Source: an uncultured Candidatus Peribacteria bacterium
GTDB lineage: Bacteria > Patescibacteriota > Gracilibacteria > Peribacterales > Peribacteraceae
Assembly: GCA_964652185.1 (NCBI GenBank)
Contig: CAZZDD010000001.1
Span: forward strand, 20,407-84,406
Direction of reading: 5' to 3'
DNA length: 64,000 nucleotides
Part shown: positions 1-8,925 of the stretch, piece after piece
Layout: the number at the start of each line of letters is the position of its first letter
How positions within the stretch are numbered: the stretch's first letter is position 1
Program-made: the position numbers and the translations under genes
The notes under the pieces: model-generated
The model's database searches: none
Told to the model about the DNA's origin: nothing
The model's input: the letters and a program-made list of their open reading frames with translations, nothing else

Positions 1-368
1 CCATGTCCACATGCCCGCGTGCGTCCGTGGGTTGCGTGTTAGTTCGTGATAAACATTTGGTGGTTGCCGGGCACAACGGAGCACCACGAGGGTTGCCCCA
101 TTGTACAGACGTTGGCTGTATGCTCGAAAGCAATCATTGCATACGTGCCAACCACGCAGAACAGAACGCCATCACTGAGGCTGCAAGGCGAGGTGTCAAC
201 GCTGCTGGCACAACACTATATGTCACCCATCACCCTTGTGCCCTATGCGCCAAGATGCTGATAAATCTTGGTGTTGTCCGAGTTGTCTATCTTAATGAAT
301 ACGTGCCGGCTGACAATGGCGAGTTTTTGCGTATGGCCGGTATACCAGTGGAAAGGATTGTGCTGTGA
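1..368 (+). CDS. dCMP deaminase (CMP/dCMP-type zinc deaminase), 5' end cut by window edge
   Basis: HAEQNA (H-A-E) and HPCALCAKM (P-C-x-x-C) zinc/catalytic motifs in canonical order. Frame is open to nt 1 and the usual N-terminal ~20-25 aa are missing. Confidence 0.85.
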   Translation, partial: MSTCPRASVGCVLVRDKHLVVAGHNGAPRGLPHCTDVGCMLESNHCIRANHAEQNAITEAARRGVNAAGTTLYVTHHPCALCAKMLINLGVVRVVYLNEYVPADNGEFLRMAGIPVERIVL

Positions 369-688
369 CTGAAAGTGTATTCATATTAGATCAAAACAAG
401 CCGTTTCCACTGAATCAATGGTTTGATGATGGATTCAACCAATGTCCGTCCCAAATCTATTGTCATGTGCAGGACAGCAACGGTATTGATTATATACTGT
501 ATCTTCGTTGGCGACATGGAGATCCTTGGACTGGTGATATCCTGGTTGGCGCTGGCAACCGCAAGGAAATGCAGAGTGATGGTGTTGAATGGATTGAAGG
601 TGTGCTGACTAAAGATTTCACGCATGACGATTATGAACAAGCATGTGAAGAATTGATGAAGCGATGGAAGGAATTGTATTGTGACTGA
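365..688 (+). CDS. hypothetical protein (107 aa)
   Basis: GTG start overlapping upstream stop (GTGA). Co-oriented coupled array. No recognisable motif. Confidence 0.55.
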   Translation: MTESVFILDQNKPFPLNQWFDDGFNQCPSQIYCHVQDSNGIDYILYLRWRHGDPWTGDILVGAGNRKEMQSDGVEWIEGVLTKDFTHDDYEQACEELMKRWKELYCD

Positions 689-1010
689 ATTTGTCAGAGA
701 GTTTGATTCGTTAATGGTGCAAATACACGAGAATGCCGTCAACCACGGATGGTGGGAAAGTGAACGCGGCGACGGTGAGATCATCGCATTAATTCACAGT
801 GAAGCGAGCGAGGTGTTGGAAGCATTGCGCCACGGCAATCCGATGGACGAGAAGTGTCCAGAATTCACGAATGCAACCGTGGAACTAGCTGACATCATCA
901 TTCGTTGCATGGACTTTGCCGGCGCTCGTGGCTGGGATCTAGGTGCTGCGATTGTGCAAAAGCATATCTACAATACGACGCGTCCTTACAAGCATGGAAA
1001 GGCGTTCTGA
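681..1010 (+). CDS. MazG-like nucleotide pyrophosphohydrolase (all-alpha NTP-PPase)
   Basis: LIHSEASEVLEA ... VELADIIIRCMDFA ... KHIYNTTRPYKHG pattern typical of phage MazG-like proteins. GGAAGGA precedes the GTG start. Confidence 0.75.
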   Translation: MTEFVREFDSLMVQIHENAVNHGWWESERGDGEIIALIHSEASEVLEALRHGNPMDEKCPEFTNATVELADIIIRCMDFAGARGWDLGAAIVQKHIYNTTRPYKHGKAF

Positions 1011-1327
1011 TGAAGACATTTCAAATGTCCGAAATCTTTGAAGCTTATGAACATGTAAACACAGGCGGGCAGGCGCTGCACCTGCACACAGTCAACCAAG
1101 GTCATCCTCTATTCAAGCGCTATCCTGTGATTGCTCACTTGCTTGATTTAGACAAGGATCGACTGGTGCGCACGGCGAAGAAGTTAGGTGTACGTGTAAT
1201 CAAGGTTGAGCGCGAAGGTACGGGCAAGCAGCATATTGATTTGTGCGGCAAGCCACTAGAACGAGCTAAGGAGTTAGCAGACCGCGCCGGCCGTGGCGTC
1301 ATTGGCGGGAATGGGGATAATCGATGA
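1010..1327 (+). CDS. DUF4031-like protein
   Basis: Internal ATG at 1010 overlaps the upstream TGA (TGATG). AHLLDLDKDRL..AKKLGV...HIDLCGKPLERA resembles the DUF4031 core. Weak call. Confidence 0.45.
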   Translation: MKTFQMSEIFEAYEHVNTGGQALHLHTVNQGHPLFKRYPVIAHLLDLDKDRLVRTAKKLGVRVIKVEREGTGKQHIDLCGKPLERAKELADRAGRGVIGGNGDNR

Positions 1328-1785
1328 AAGCACTCACGATCAAGCAACCGTGGCTATGGTGTATCACCGATGCCACGAAGCGTGTTGAAAATCGCACCTG
1401 GAAGCCGCCATTTAATATGATTGGTCAACGGATCGCCTTGCACGCTAGCAAAAGTCACACGAAGGACGATTGGTCACATGCGCAGGATATTTACCCGGTC
1501 GCAGCGATAGCAACAGTTCCACTTGGCGCAATCGTAGCAACGGCTGTGATTGTCGGTTATGTGGTGGTAGAGCATAAGCCGAATATGACGCCACGATTGA
1601 TTGAAGCGACAAAGAGCGCTATGGGCTACAACGAGCGCTCAGATCCTTGGTTCTTTGGTCCCGTTGGCTGGCTACTTGACGATGTGGTAAAGTTGTCGCA
1701 ACCGGTACCATGCAAGGGCGCGCTTGGCTTGTGGACTGTGCCTGATGATGTGATGGAGGCAATCGATAATGCTAACAATTCGTGA
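1324..1785 (+). CDS. ASCH domain protein
   Basis: N-terminus MKALTIKQPWLWCI...VENRTW....IALHAS matches the ASCH signature (L-[ST]-I-[KR]-Q-P-W ... E-x-R-x-W ... I-H-A). ATGA overlap with upstream gene. Confidence 0.7.
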   Translation: MKALTIKQPWLWCITDATKRVENRTWKPPFNMIGQRIALHASKSHTKDDWSHAQDIYPVAAIATVPLGAIVATAVIVGYVVVEHKPNMTPRLIEATKSAMGYNERSDPWFFGPVGWLLDDVVKLSQPVPCKGALGLWTVPDDVMEAIDNANNS

Positions 1786-2038
1786 TTCTCAAAAAGTGCA
1801 ATGGTGGCTAGCCGAGCTAGATCAGTACGATAATGTGTCAAAGCTGATCGACGGTGCTCACAGTGAGCAAAGCGGAGCCAATCAAGCGTATTACCTGATT
1901 CAACGCTTGGGGTTATCAAGTGGCGGAAAGAGGTTAGCCGTAGTGCGCTGCGAAGTTTTTGAGCCTGTACCCGATGCTTCAGAAGTGAATGAGGATGCGA
2001 TTGATGCGCTCAATATGATACGTGGTGGCAATCGATAA
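1769..2038 (+). CDS. hypothetical protein (89 aa)
   Basis: Co-oriented ORF overlapping upstream gene by 17 nt. No motif. Confidence 0.5.
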   Translation: MLTIRDSQKVQWWLAELDQYDNVSKLIDGAHSEQSGANQAYYLIQRLGLSSGGKRLAVVRCEVFEPVPDASEVNEDAIDALNMIRGGNR

Positions 2039-2358
2039 TGCCGACAATCAACGCTATCATCATCGTGTTTACAGTAGCTTTCATAGCGGTTGGCATGTGT
2101 CTTTGTGGATTAGCCATAATTAGATTTCTTGGCTACGGAGTCAATATGGAAGCGCCAACAGAAGCAGGCCGCGCCGTGTTCGTCAACGGTGCGATGGTGG
2201 CATGGTTTGCTGAGTTCAACGAAGCTGCCGAAGACTGGTGCATTGATAATTATTATGGCGAGTGGTTGACGTATCCGGCGGCAAGTGGTCCGGTGGTGGT
2301 ACTTGATGATTGTCAGGTTGTTGTGGGGGTGGATGAATTGAGAAAGGTGACATCATGA
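2038..2358 (+). CDS. hypothetical membrane protein (106 aa)
   Basis: TAATG stop-start overlap. Hydrophobic N-terminal helix (INAIIIVFTVAFIAVGMCLCGLAII). Confidence 0.55.
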   Translation: MPTINAIIIVFTVAFIAVGMCLCGLAIIRFLGYGVNMEAPTEAGRAVFVNGAMVAWFAEFNEAAEDWCIDNYYGEWLTYPAASGPVVVLDDCQVVVGVDELRKVTS

Positions 2359-2918
2359 TCATAGGCATCGCCGGCAGAGCCCAGCACGGCAAAGACACTA
2401 TCGGCAAGGTGCTTGTCGAGCACTACGACTATCGACGCGTTGCGTTCGCCGACAAAGTGCGTGAGCTGGCGATGTATATCGATCCCGCGATTACGCACGG
2501 TGTCACCATTAGCCCGCTGGGGAATATCGTGCGCGCTCGTGGCTGGGACTACGCCAAGACGATCCCGCAGGTGCGCAAATTCTTACAGAATCTTGGCGAG
2601 GGCGCACGCCAGGTGCTTAGTTCGGGCACTTGGATTTTTGCGCTATTCAGCCATATTGATGGATTGCCGGACAATTTTGTGATCACGGACGTACGTTACC
2701 AGAACGAAGTCGCTGCCATCCGCAACCGTGGCGGCAAGGTCTGGCGTGTGACACGTCCCGGCTTCGACAATGGCGTCGATCCTGAACATCCGAGCGAGGC
2801 GAACGTGGCACTGTTGGATGTGGACGTGGATATCTGCAATGATGGCACGGTTGAAGAGTTGGCGGCTAAGGTGATGCGGCTGATGGGCGGTGATCATGAC
2901 TGGAACTCAAATTGGTGA
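2355..2918 (+). CDS. deoxynucleoside monophosphate (dNMP) kinase, phage type
   Basis: P-loop GIAGRAQHGKDT, then FADKVRE, LQNLGEGAR, ITDVRYQNEVAAIRNRGGKVWRVTRP, HPSE, NDGTVEEL. This is the order seen in phage dNMP kinases. ATGA overlap. Confidence 0.75.
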   Translation: MIIGIAGRAQHGKDTIGKVLVEHYDYRRVAFADKVRELAMYIDPAITHGVTISPLGNIVRARGWDYAKTIPQVRKFLQNLGEGARQVLSSGTWIFALFSHIDGLPDNFVITDVRYQNEVAAIRNRGGKVWRVTRPGFDNGVDPEHPSEANVALLDVDVDICNDGTVEELAAKVMRLMGGDHDWNSNW

Positions 2919-2960
2919 GTGGAGCCGAGAAAATTTAAGGTAAATCCGCCAATCTCGCTA

Positions 2961-2989
2961 TTGACATTTTAGTCTACTTAAAGTATACT
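2961..2989 (+). promoter_or_regulatory. sigma70-type promoter TTGACA-17 nt-TATACT
   Basis: TTGACA at 2961-2966, 17-nt spacer, TATACT at 2984-2989. Lies in the only intergenic gap of the block, 38 nt upstream of an SD-preceded ATG at 3027. Confidence 0.7.
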
Positions 2990-3026
2990 AGATTCATCAA
3001 CGGACAATGACGAAAGGTGGACTAGA

Positions 3027-3320
3027 ATGTCAAAACGACTGATTGCAAAGGCTGTTACGGTTAATGAGGCGCGCGAGAAACTCAAAGCGATGCACATCTT
3101 GTTCGATGAGGATTTCACTGTCAAGATTGCCGGTCAGTGGATGGATGCGTCGGGCGTTGTTCAGTTCGGCGTACCGATTGACACAATGGATGTTGTGTCA
3201 ATCGGCGTGAAATATGTCACGCTAGATGACCGAACGGAGTGCGGCGAGTTGAAATTGCAACCAGATCCCGACGCGTCGAGTTGGCGGACGCCGGAAATTT
3301 ATTTCTATGCGGAGGTGTAA
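3027..3320 (+). CDS. hypothetical protein (97 aa)
   Basis: ATG preceded by GAAAGGTGG. First gene after the promoter. Confidence 0.6.
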   Translation: MSKRLIAKAVTVNEAREKLKAMHILFDEDFTVKIAGQWMDASGVVQFGVPIDTMDVVSIGVKYVTLDDRTECGELKLQPDPDASSWRTPEIYFYAEV

Positions 3321-3322
3321 TT

Positions 3323-3607
3323 GTGAAATTGACCGAAGTGCGCCAACTAATGCAGCTTCTTGAAGAGGAAGTTACCGTGTTCAAGCGCCGCGGGCAAATA
3401 GTCATTAGGCAAAAAGTGTCGTCCCGCCATCGGTGGACCGCAGATTCTCTATTTGATAGACTGCGGAGGAAGGGTTTTGTCGGTGACTCCGCAGTAGTCG
3501 ATGGACCCGGCGTTTACCACCAACTGTACGCTGAGTTTGTGGTAAAAAATGAAGTCCCCCCAAGATTGCGCAAAGTTGGGGAGTTTTGGTTGAAGGATGA
3601 ATCATGA
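3323..3607 (+). CDS. hypothetical protein (94 aa)
   Basis: GTG at 3323 lies 6 nt after GGAGG and 2 nt after the upstream stop. The longer track ORF from 3239 would overlap the upstream gene by 82 nt. Confidence 0.55.
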   Translation: MKLTEVRQLMQLLEEEVTVFKRRGQIVIRQKVSSRHRWTADSLFDRLRRKGFVGDSAVVDGPGVYHQLYAEFVVKNEVPPRLRKVGEFWLKDES

Positions 3608-3717
3608 CTCAAATATACAAAACCGGCGAAACTGTTGGCTATGCGTTGGCGAAGTTTTTGATCGGCCACATGATGCGATCAATGCGTTCATGGAGATTGC
3701 CCAATGACCAAGCCTAA
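3604..3717 (+). CDS. possible small protein (37 aa)
   Basis: ATGA overlap with upstream stop. Below the ORF-track size cutoff. No other support. Confidence 0.3.
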   Translation: MTQIYKTGETVGYALAKFLIGHMMRSMRSWRLPNDQA

Positions 3718-3943
3718 ACGCATCGGTAGACCGCCACGTAACACCGGTGGTCAACGCCGAACGTTAGTGCTAACATGCACAGATGAGGAATGGCAACGGC
3801 TGTTGGATGCGTTGCCGCAGGATACGAGAGAGCGGTTTGAGTTGATAGCGAAGTTTGCAGGAGACGAAAATGGAAAAAGAAAATCCTTATCAAAACGAGA
3901 TCAAGATAGATCAACCAACGACTATCGAAGTGATCACAGGTGA
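3704..3943 (+). CDS. hypothetical protein with basic GRPPR N-terminus (79 aa)
   Basis: ORF with KRIGRPPRNTGG (AT-hook-like). Its 3' 74 nt overlap the next gene and read as a Lys/Arg/Ser-rich tail. Confidence 0.4.
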   Translation: MTKPKRIGRPPRNTGGQRRTLVLTCTDEEWQRLLDALPQDTRERFELIAKFAGDENGKRKSLSKRDQDRSTNDYRSDHR

Positions 3944-4067
3944 CAATCGATACTTCATCTATGTGGCCAACGGTGCTATCACGATTAGTTCGCATATGGA
4001 AAGCATGATTCTCGCTCCGCGTGGCGGGAACCGTGTGACGGTAACGATTGGCGAGGTGCAATCATGA
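3870..4067 (+). CDS. hypothetical protein (65 aa)
   Basis: ATG at 3870 preceded by GGAGA. Confidence 0.5.
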   Translation: MEKENPYQNEIKIDQPTTIEVITGDNRYFIYVANGAITISSHMESMILAPRGGNRVTVTIGEVQS

Positions 4068-4282
4068 CGCTAGAGCAATGCTTAATGCAGTGCGCAGCCA
4101 CACCGGAATTCGTCAGAGAGTTCGACCGGCTGAATCATTCCGACTTGGCGCGACGTGGCATCCCGATCAACATCATGATCGATGATGCTACCGGCAAGAC
4201 GGATGCAGATATCAAAAAGTTTGTGGCGTTTGTGGCCGAATTCATATGGTTGCCATTGGTGGCGAAAGAGGTAGAAGCATGA
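4064..4282 (+). CDS. hypothetical protein (72 aa)
   Basis: ATGA overlap with upstream gene. Confidence 0.55.
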   Translation: MTLEQCLMQCAATPEFVREFDRLNHSDLARRGIPINIMIDDATGKTDADIKKFVAFVAEFIWLPLVAKEVEA

Positions 4283-4515
4283 ATAATCTAATCAAGTGTG
4301 AACCACAGCCGGTGCATAGCCACGATTATTGGTGGTGGTATGGCGATAAATTCATGACAGATGATTCGTTGCAGTCTTATTTATTCCATGACGTTTGGGG
4401 CGAGTATCTAGCGAACGTGCCCGATGATGTAGAAGATGTGAATGTTGAGTTGATTGATGGCGTGTGGTATTGGGTGCTTGATGTGGATGAGGCGGTGCCG
4501 GCATGTACCAAGTAG
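4279..4515 (+). CDS. hypothetical protein (78 aa)
   Basis: ATG at 4279 in ATGA overlap with upstream stop. AGAGG upstream. Confidence 0.55.
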   Translation: MNNLIKCEPQPVHSHDYWWWYGDKFMTDDSLQSYLFHDVWGEYLANVPDDVEDVNVELIDGVWYWVLDVDEAVPACTK

Positions 4516-4781
4516 GTGACGTAAGCAAGTGCGACAATGACGACCCCAAGTTCGATCATTTAGCAGATGCAATTGGATTTGCGTTCACGTGGGCGCTGCA
4601 CGGTAAATACAATGGCGACTACGGCGACTGGATTGGGATATGGGGTGTTAGCGCAGAGGAGCTTTACTTGCCTGATGATATTGCTGTCGTGAATGCGTGC
4701 GCTCCGAGCGGACCAAAGATATTTTGGAGTGAACACATTGACGGCAGTGAAGTATCGAATAGTGTGAGGCTATCGCTATGA
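4503..4781 (+). CDS. hypothetical protein (92 aa)
   Basis: Co-oriented ORF with 13-nt overlap. Confidence 0.5.
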   Translation: MYQVGDVSKCDNDDPKFDHLADAIGFAFTWALHGKYNGDYGDWIGIWGVSAEELYLPDDIAVVNACAPSGPKIFWSEHIDGSEVSNSVRLSL

Positions 4782-4836
4782 CCACCGACATGCAGGATCG
4801 GATTGATGAGGCGATTGATACACTGAAAGGTGGAAT

Positions 4837-5130
4837 ATGAATATTGAATTCCCGGAAAGATACCACATCCACGAAATTGTACCAACCATGTATGATATCA
4901 CAGTGCCAAACGAGTACGCTGCCGCGCTGCTAAATATCTTGAAGCAGCAACGATGGGTAGTTAATGCTTTCCCGTTCAGAACTCGTATTACAGTCATAAT
5001 ATCAGAAGCTTACGAGGTGAATTCCGATCAAGCGCACGAGGCGCTATGTCGGCTATGCGAGCATGTTATGCAACCCGCTGCTGACGTGGATATTGAGATT
5101 TGGGGCGAAGTATTGAAAGGTGGTGAATAG
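4837..5130 (+). CDS. hypothetical protein (97 aa)
   Basis: ATG preceded by AAAGGTGGA. Confidence 0.55.
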   Translation: MNIEFPERYHIHEIVPTMYDITVPNEYAAALLNILKQQRWVVNAFPFRTRITVIISEAYEVNSDQAHEALCRLCEHVMQPAADVDIEIWGEVLKGGE

Positions 5131-5474
5131 TGGGTTGGAACATGGGCTATACAATCTACGAAGAAACTGTGGTGAATGCATGCGACACCGGCGAATTGAC
5201 CCCCGCTGTGCTGCGGGCGATGCTGGCACCATATCACGGCACGGACATCGATCCTGGTGGATGTGGTGATTTGACATCCGCCGATGGTTTAAGCGCGGGC
5301 GAGATTGTCTTAAAACTCTTGCGTCTAGATTTATTCAATAAATATCAGGAGATCGGTGACGCAGATAGCGATGGCGCTTATGACTTGCTACACGCGGTTT
5401 ATTGCGCCGAAGTCGAAGGCAATAGGACATGGTTACAGCGGTTAGAAATGAAAGGTGGTGATGCCACTCAGTAA
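5130..5474 (+). CDS. hypothetical protein (114 aa)
   Basis: GTG start overlapping upstream TAG (TAGTG). GGTGGTG upstream. Confidence 0.55.
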   Translation: MGWNMGYTIYEETVVNACDTGELTPAVLRAMLAPYHGTDIDPGGCGDLTSADGLSAGEIVLKLLRLDLFNKYQEIGDADSDGAYDLLHAVYCAEVEGNRTWLQRLEMKGGDATQ

Positions 5475-5537
5475 ACGCTGAAACCCAAACCGAGACTAGC
5501 ACATGCCCCATGTGGGGCATCTATAGAAAGGAACAAT

Positions 5538-7106
5538 ATGCAAGTAGCAACAATGGTTAGCGCAAGTGATGACCGGCAATATGAACAGTTATTGCGACAA
5601 CTCACAGTGGCAGACGGTCCACTGTTTACGACAGATGTGATTGGCTTATTCGATACATTTTTAGACTATCTGCCAAGCGAATACCGACAACACTACACAT
5701 GCAATTCGTGCCGGCAATTTGTAGATCGCTTTGGCGGGCTCGTGACGATTGATGAGTTTGGCAATGCGGATCCTGCGATATGGGATGTGATGGATAAGAT
5801 TCCGCCATTGTTCGGCAATTCTATTATCGCCATGCGTGGCATGATTGCCTCGGCAAAGGTGACAGGCGTATTCTACTCCGACAAGAGCACTTGGGGCACA
5901 CCCGTCACCGGCAAATGGCGCCACATGCACATCGTGCCGCCGTCGTTAATGGTGTATCGGTCGCGCCTACAGACACCTTTTCAGGCGATGGCAGAAAAGG
6001 CGGAAGATTACGGCGTTCTAGGCCGTAGCCTTGGCGACTATTCAAGGTCAACCGTTGAAACAGCATTGACGATTTTGCAATCTGACTCGTTGTATCGAGT
6101 ACAGAAAGTTATTGGCGTAGCTGAGTGGCTACATGGATTAATGTCGAGCCTAGAGAAAACAAAGCACCAGCAACGCCGGCATAATTTAATGTGGCGCGCC
6201 GTGGCCACAGCGCCGGCGGGATTCTGCCATGCGCGCAACACCATGATCGGCACGCTACTTGACGACATTGCGTCGGGCATGGATTTCGATGCAGTCAAGC
6301 GCCGATTCGATGCCAAGATGCACCCATTGCAATACCAACGCCCACAGGCAGCGCCGTCGGCGGGAAACATTGAACAAGCCGAGAAGATTGTTGAGAAGCT
6401 AGGTATTGCCAATAGCCTACGCCGCCGTTTTGCACGGATTGAAGATGTGGTCGCTCTATGGGTGCCAAAGCGGATTGCCAAGCCTACCAATGGTGTGTTC
6501 GGCCACTTAACCACAAAGGACAAGCCTGCCACAAATACGATGGAGCTACCGTCGCAGACGGTGACGTGGGCAAAGTTTGAACGGGACGTATTGCCGAAAG
6601 CAGAATCGATTCAATTCTACATCAATGGGCAAGATCACTTCACGGCATTATTGACAGCAGCCGACATGGATGCGCCACCAATCTTGCAATGGGACAACAC
6701 AGAACAGCGCAATCCCGTATCATGGTATTTGTATAATAATGGTTCCTCACCGGATCGGTGGGGACTGCCTAGAGGATGGGTTGATGTTACTGCTGTCACG
6801 CTGCAACCGTGCATGTGGTATGGCAACTATAGCCACCAAAGCAAGGGCGTTGTGTTCCTGCTAAAAGGTGCCGTCGATAAACAATCTAGTGGCAATGGCT
6901 TGTTTCCTGAGATTCTAAAAAGCGAGTTGCGTGAGATTCGTTCCACTATTGAAGCATACTCACGCAATGCCACGGTTGAAGACCGAGCCGAAGCATCGGC
7001 ATGTGGTGTGATTTTGCAAGATACAAATCGGCAACGTTGGAATGGTCGTTTTCGTGTGATTGTTGGCAATACCGTTCAGCAGTACACGATTGATCGATGG
7101 GAGTAA
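5538..7106 (+). CDS. large conserved-looking orphan protein (522 aa) with N-terminal C-x2-C element
   Basis: ATG preceded by AAAGGA. Long uninterrupted ORF. HYTCNSCRQFVDRFGGLV near the N-terminus. I cannot assign a family. Confidence 0.7.
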   Translation: MQVATMVSASDDRQYEQLLRQLTVADGPLFTTDVIGLFDTFLDYLPSEYRQHYTCNSCRQFVDRFGGLVTIDEFGNADPAIWDVMDKIPPLFGNSIIAMRGMIASAKVTGVFYSDKSTWGTPVTGKWRHMHIVPPSLMVYRSRLQTPFQAMAEKAEDYGVLGRSLGDYSRSTVETALTILQSDSLYRVQKVIGVAEWLHGLMSSLEKTKHQQRRHNLMWRAVATAPAGFCHARNTMIGTLLDDIASGMDFDAVKRRFDAKMHPLQYQRPQAAPSAGNIEQAEKIVEKLGIANSLRRRFARIEDVVALWVPKRIAKPTNGVFGHLTTKDKPATNTMELPSQTVTWAKFERDVLPKAESIQFYINGQDHFTALLTAADMDAPPILQWDNTEQRNPVSWYLYNNGSSPDRWGLPRGWVDVTAVTLQPCMWYGNYSHQSKGVVFLLKGAVDKQSSGNGLFPEILKSELREIRSTIEAYSRNATVEDRAEASACGVILQDTNRQRWNGRFRVIVGNTVQQYTIDRWE

Positions 7107-7215
7107 GTTAGCCGTACGGAGACACAACTTTGCGCTTGCACCGGCGCATCAATTAAGTGGTGCAACGCCACCCTGAGAAAGTTTCGTTGCACCACTATCC
7201 ATAAAGGACTAGACA

Positions 7216-8064
7216 ATGATACCCCGATTTTTAGTAGTATTACAAATTGTTACAATGTTGGTTGGACTGCGAACCATGCCAACAAGCGCCGCCGATCTGT
7301 GCCGATTGCCCGATGTTGTGTTTCTGGGTGAGGGTGCCGGCACATACACCTTGCCCAACGGCTACGATACATTGATCGTGAAGCAGTTCAATCCGTTTCG
7401 CTTTGGCGCTGTTAGTGCCAACAGTGTCACCTTCACAGAAGCAAACAATGGCGGCTACGTCGCTCGTGCGTGGGCATCCACGGGTACAAGCGTGCCATCA
7501 GCGCACTTTGGCGAAAAGGTGTCACTAGGTACGATTGACGCAGGTATGCTAGTGCGAACAATGATGATCGATGATGACAACGATAATCGACTTACCACCA
7601 TCGTTAACGAGTCGGAGAGTGTCTACACGGTATTGCAGCCTGCGATGGTACAGTTGATCGAATTCACCACAACACATAAGGGCGAATACTTCATTGATAG
7701 CGCTGACAGTATTACGTTTTGGCCGGTATGTGCTCTACCATTCGTGCCTGACGATCCAACCGTGTTCCCGACCCACACGGCGACGGCCACACCATTGCCA
7801 ACCGGTACACCCACACCGCCATCAACAGTTACGCCTAGTGCAACGCCAACGGTTACACTGACGCCGACGCCGACATTTACGCCTAGCGCCACAGCCACGC
7901 AGACGGCAATGAATACGCCGACGGTGACCACTACAGCAACGGCTACACCTTCGCCAACATCCACGCCAACGTTAGGTGTGCCGACGGGACTGACGCCATT
8001 TCCGCAGGTGACGTTGCGCCCGGAGTGGCAGATGTATATATGGTTGCCGGATGTGCGGCGATAA
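7216..8064 (+). CDS. secreted/membrane-anchored protein with C-terminal Pro/Thr-rich low-complexity region
   Basis: Hydrophobic N-terminal signal-like segment (FLVVLQIVTMLVGL...SAA). About 80 aa of PT repeats (TPTPPSTVTPSATPTVTLTPTPTFTPSATAT...). AAAGGA upstream of the ATG. Confidence 0.7.
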   Translation: MIPRFLVVLQIVTMLVGLRTMPTSAADLCRLPDVVFLGEGAGTYTLPNGYDTLIVKQFNPFRFGAVSANSVTFTEANNGGYVARAWASTGTSVPSAHFGEKVSLGTIDAGMLVRTMMIDDDNDNRLTTIVNESESVYTVLQPAMVQLIEFTTTHKGEYFIDSADSITFWPVCALPFVPDDPTVFPTHTATATPLPTGTPTPPSTVTPSATPTVTLTPTPTFTPSATATQTAMNTPTVTTTATATPSPTSTPTLGVPTGLTPFPQVTLRPEWQMYIWLPDVRR

Positions 8065-8081
8065 TTGAATAGGTAAACAAG

Positions 8082-8110
8082 AAAAGGCGATCCGCATGGA
8101 TCGCCTTTTC
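8082..8110. terminator. bidirectional rho-independent terminator between convergent units
   Basis: GGCGATCC (8086-8093) / GCAT loop / GGATCGCC (8098-8105), flanked by AAAA on one side and TTTTCTATTT on the other. This gives a U-tract on either strand. Confidence 0.8.
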
Positions 8111-8262
8111 TATTTCCACCCCATCCTCGTATCCACCCTGCCCGCCACCACGCACGCACACAGCGCAACTATTCCCGCCAACAGTGCTCCACCAAATAGA
8201 AGAATGCACATGCCGCCCCCATCCCCACAATTATCCCCACAGCCACACCCGCCACGAATACA

Positions 8263-8904
8263 TCAGCCATTGTTGCTTGCTCCGCAGACGCCGATCTCGA
8301 TTGCCCAATAGTAGGTATACGGGCTCCCGTCTAGCTTGACATAGGCGATCCCGATGTCGGTCTGATTGCGGAAGTGATCGGTCTGTCCGAATATGTGTCG
8401 GGCGTGCTTTGGCGACCGTGCCAACGAATCGAATGCGTCTTTGACGTACTGAGCGCCGGCGCTCAACGACTCAACGTCGTTGCCATTCGGCGCATACCAT
8501 GTCGGCAATCTACACCCTGACGCAATCGCCACGGCGTTGGGGCATACGCCTTTGGGATCGCAGTGCGCAAAATAGCCAAGCTTGGCTAGCGAATCCGCAC
8601 GTACCTGCGCAGCTTGCACCAACGCAGGATTACAGCGTAACACCTTGCGCTGTTGGCGTGAGTCGGCAGATAGCAGGCGTGCGAACTCTGCCGCTTGTGG
8701 TGTGCGGTAGCATGATGGTTTCGGTGTGGATGTCGGTGTAGGGCGTGGGGATGGGGTAGCCCGTGGCTGACCTTGCAATTGCGGAAGGTAGACGCGATAC
8801 CGATACACGGTCACGCCTGGGAGTGGTGACACGGCGTAATTTTGGGATGGGCTGCATCCTGCGAGGATAGCGACAATGAGTAGGGGGATAAGTCGCTGAT
8901 ACAT
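8263..8904 (-). CDS. lipoprotein with CAP/SCP (YkwD-like) domain
   Basis: Lipobox LLIVAILAGC|S. PT-rich linker. CAP-like core (NPALVQAAQVRADSLAKLGYFAHCDP ... SLARSPKHARHIFG ... DIGIAYV). Confidence 0.75.
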   Translation of the reverse strand: MYQRLIPLLIVAILAGCSPSQNYAVSPLPGVTVYRYRVYLPQLQGQPRATPSPRPTPTSTPKPSCYRTPQAAEFARLLSADSRQQRKVLRCNPALVQAAQVRADSLAKLGYFAHCDPKGVCPNAVAIASGCRLPTWYAPNGNDVESLSAGAQYVKDAFDSLARSPKHARHIFGQTDHFRNQTDIGIAYVKLDGSPYTYYWAIEIGVCGASNNG

Positions 8905-8925
8905 GGTCGTCCTGTCACATCATTA

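Noticed and set aside
3704-4067. 74-nt overlap between ORFs 3704..3943 and 3870..4067 as a programmed frameshift.
   Set aside because: There is no X XXY YYZ heptamer in phase within the overlap. The downstream gene has its own GGAGA-ATG start.
686-4125. Shared heptapeptide EFVREFD, with about 18 of 21 identical nucleotides, in the MazG-like gene (686-706) and ORF 4064..4282 (4104-4124).
   Set aside because: It is too short, and the flanking sequence and protein contexts are unrelated. It is most simply chance or a tiny recombination scar.
5503-5520. Perfect palindrome ATGCCCCA-TG-TGGGGCAT after ORF 5130..5474 as a rho-independent terminator.
   Set aside because: It is not followed by a T-run (next bases are CTATAGAAAGG). 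It may be a processing or stability hairpin, but a terminator call is unsupported.
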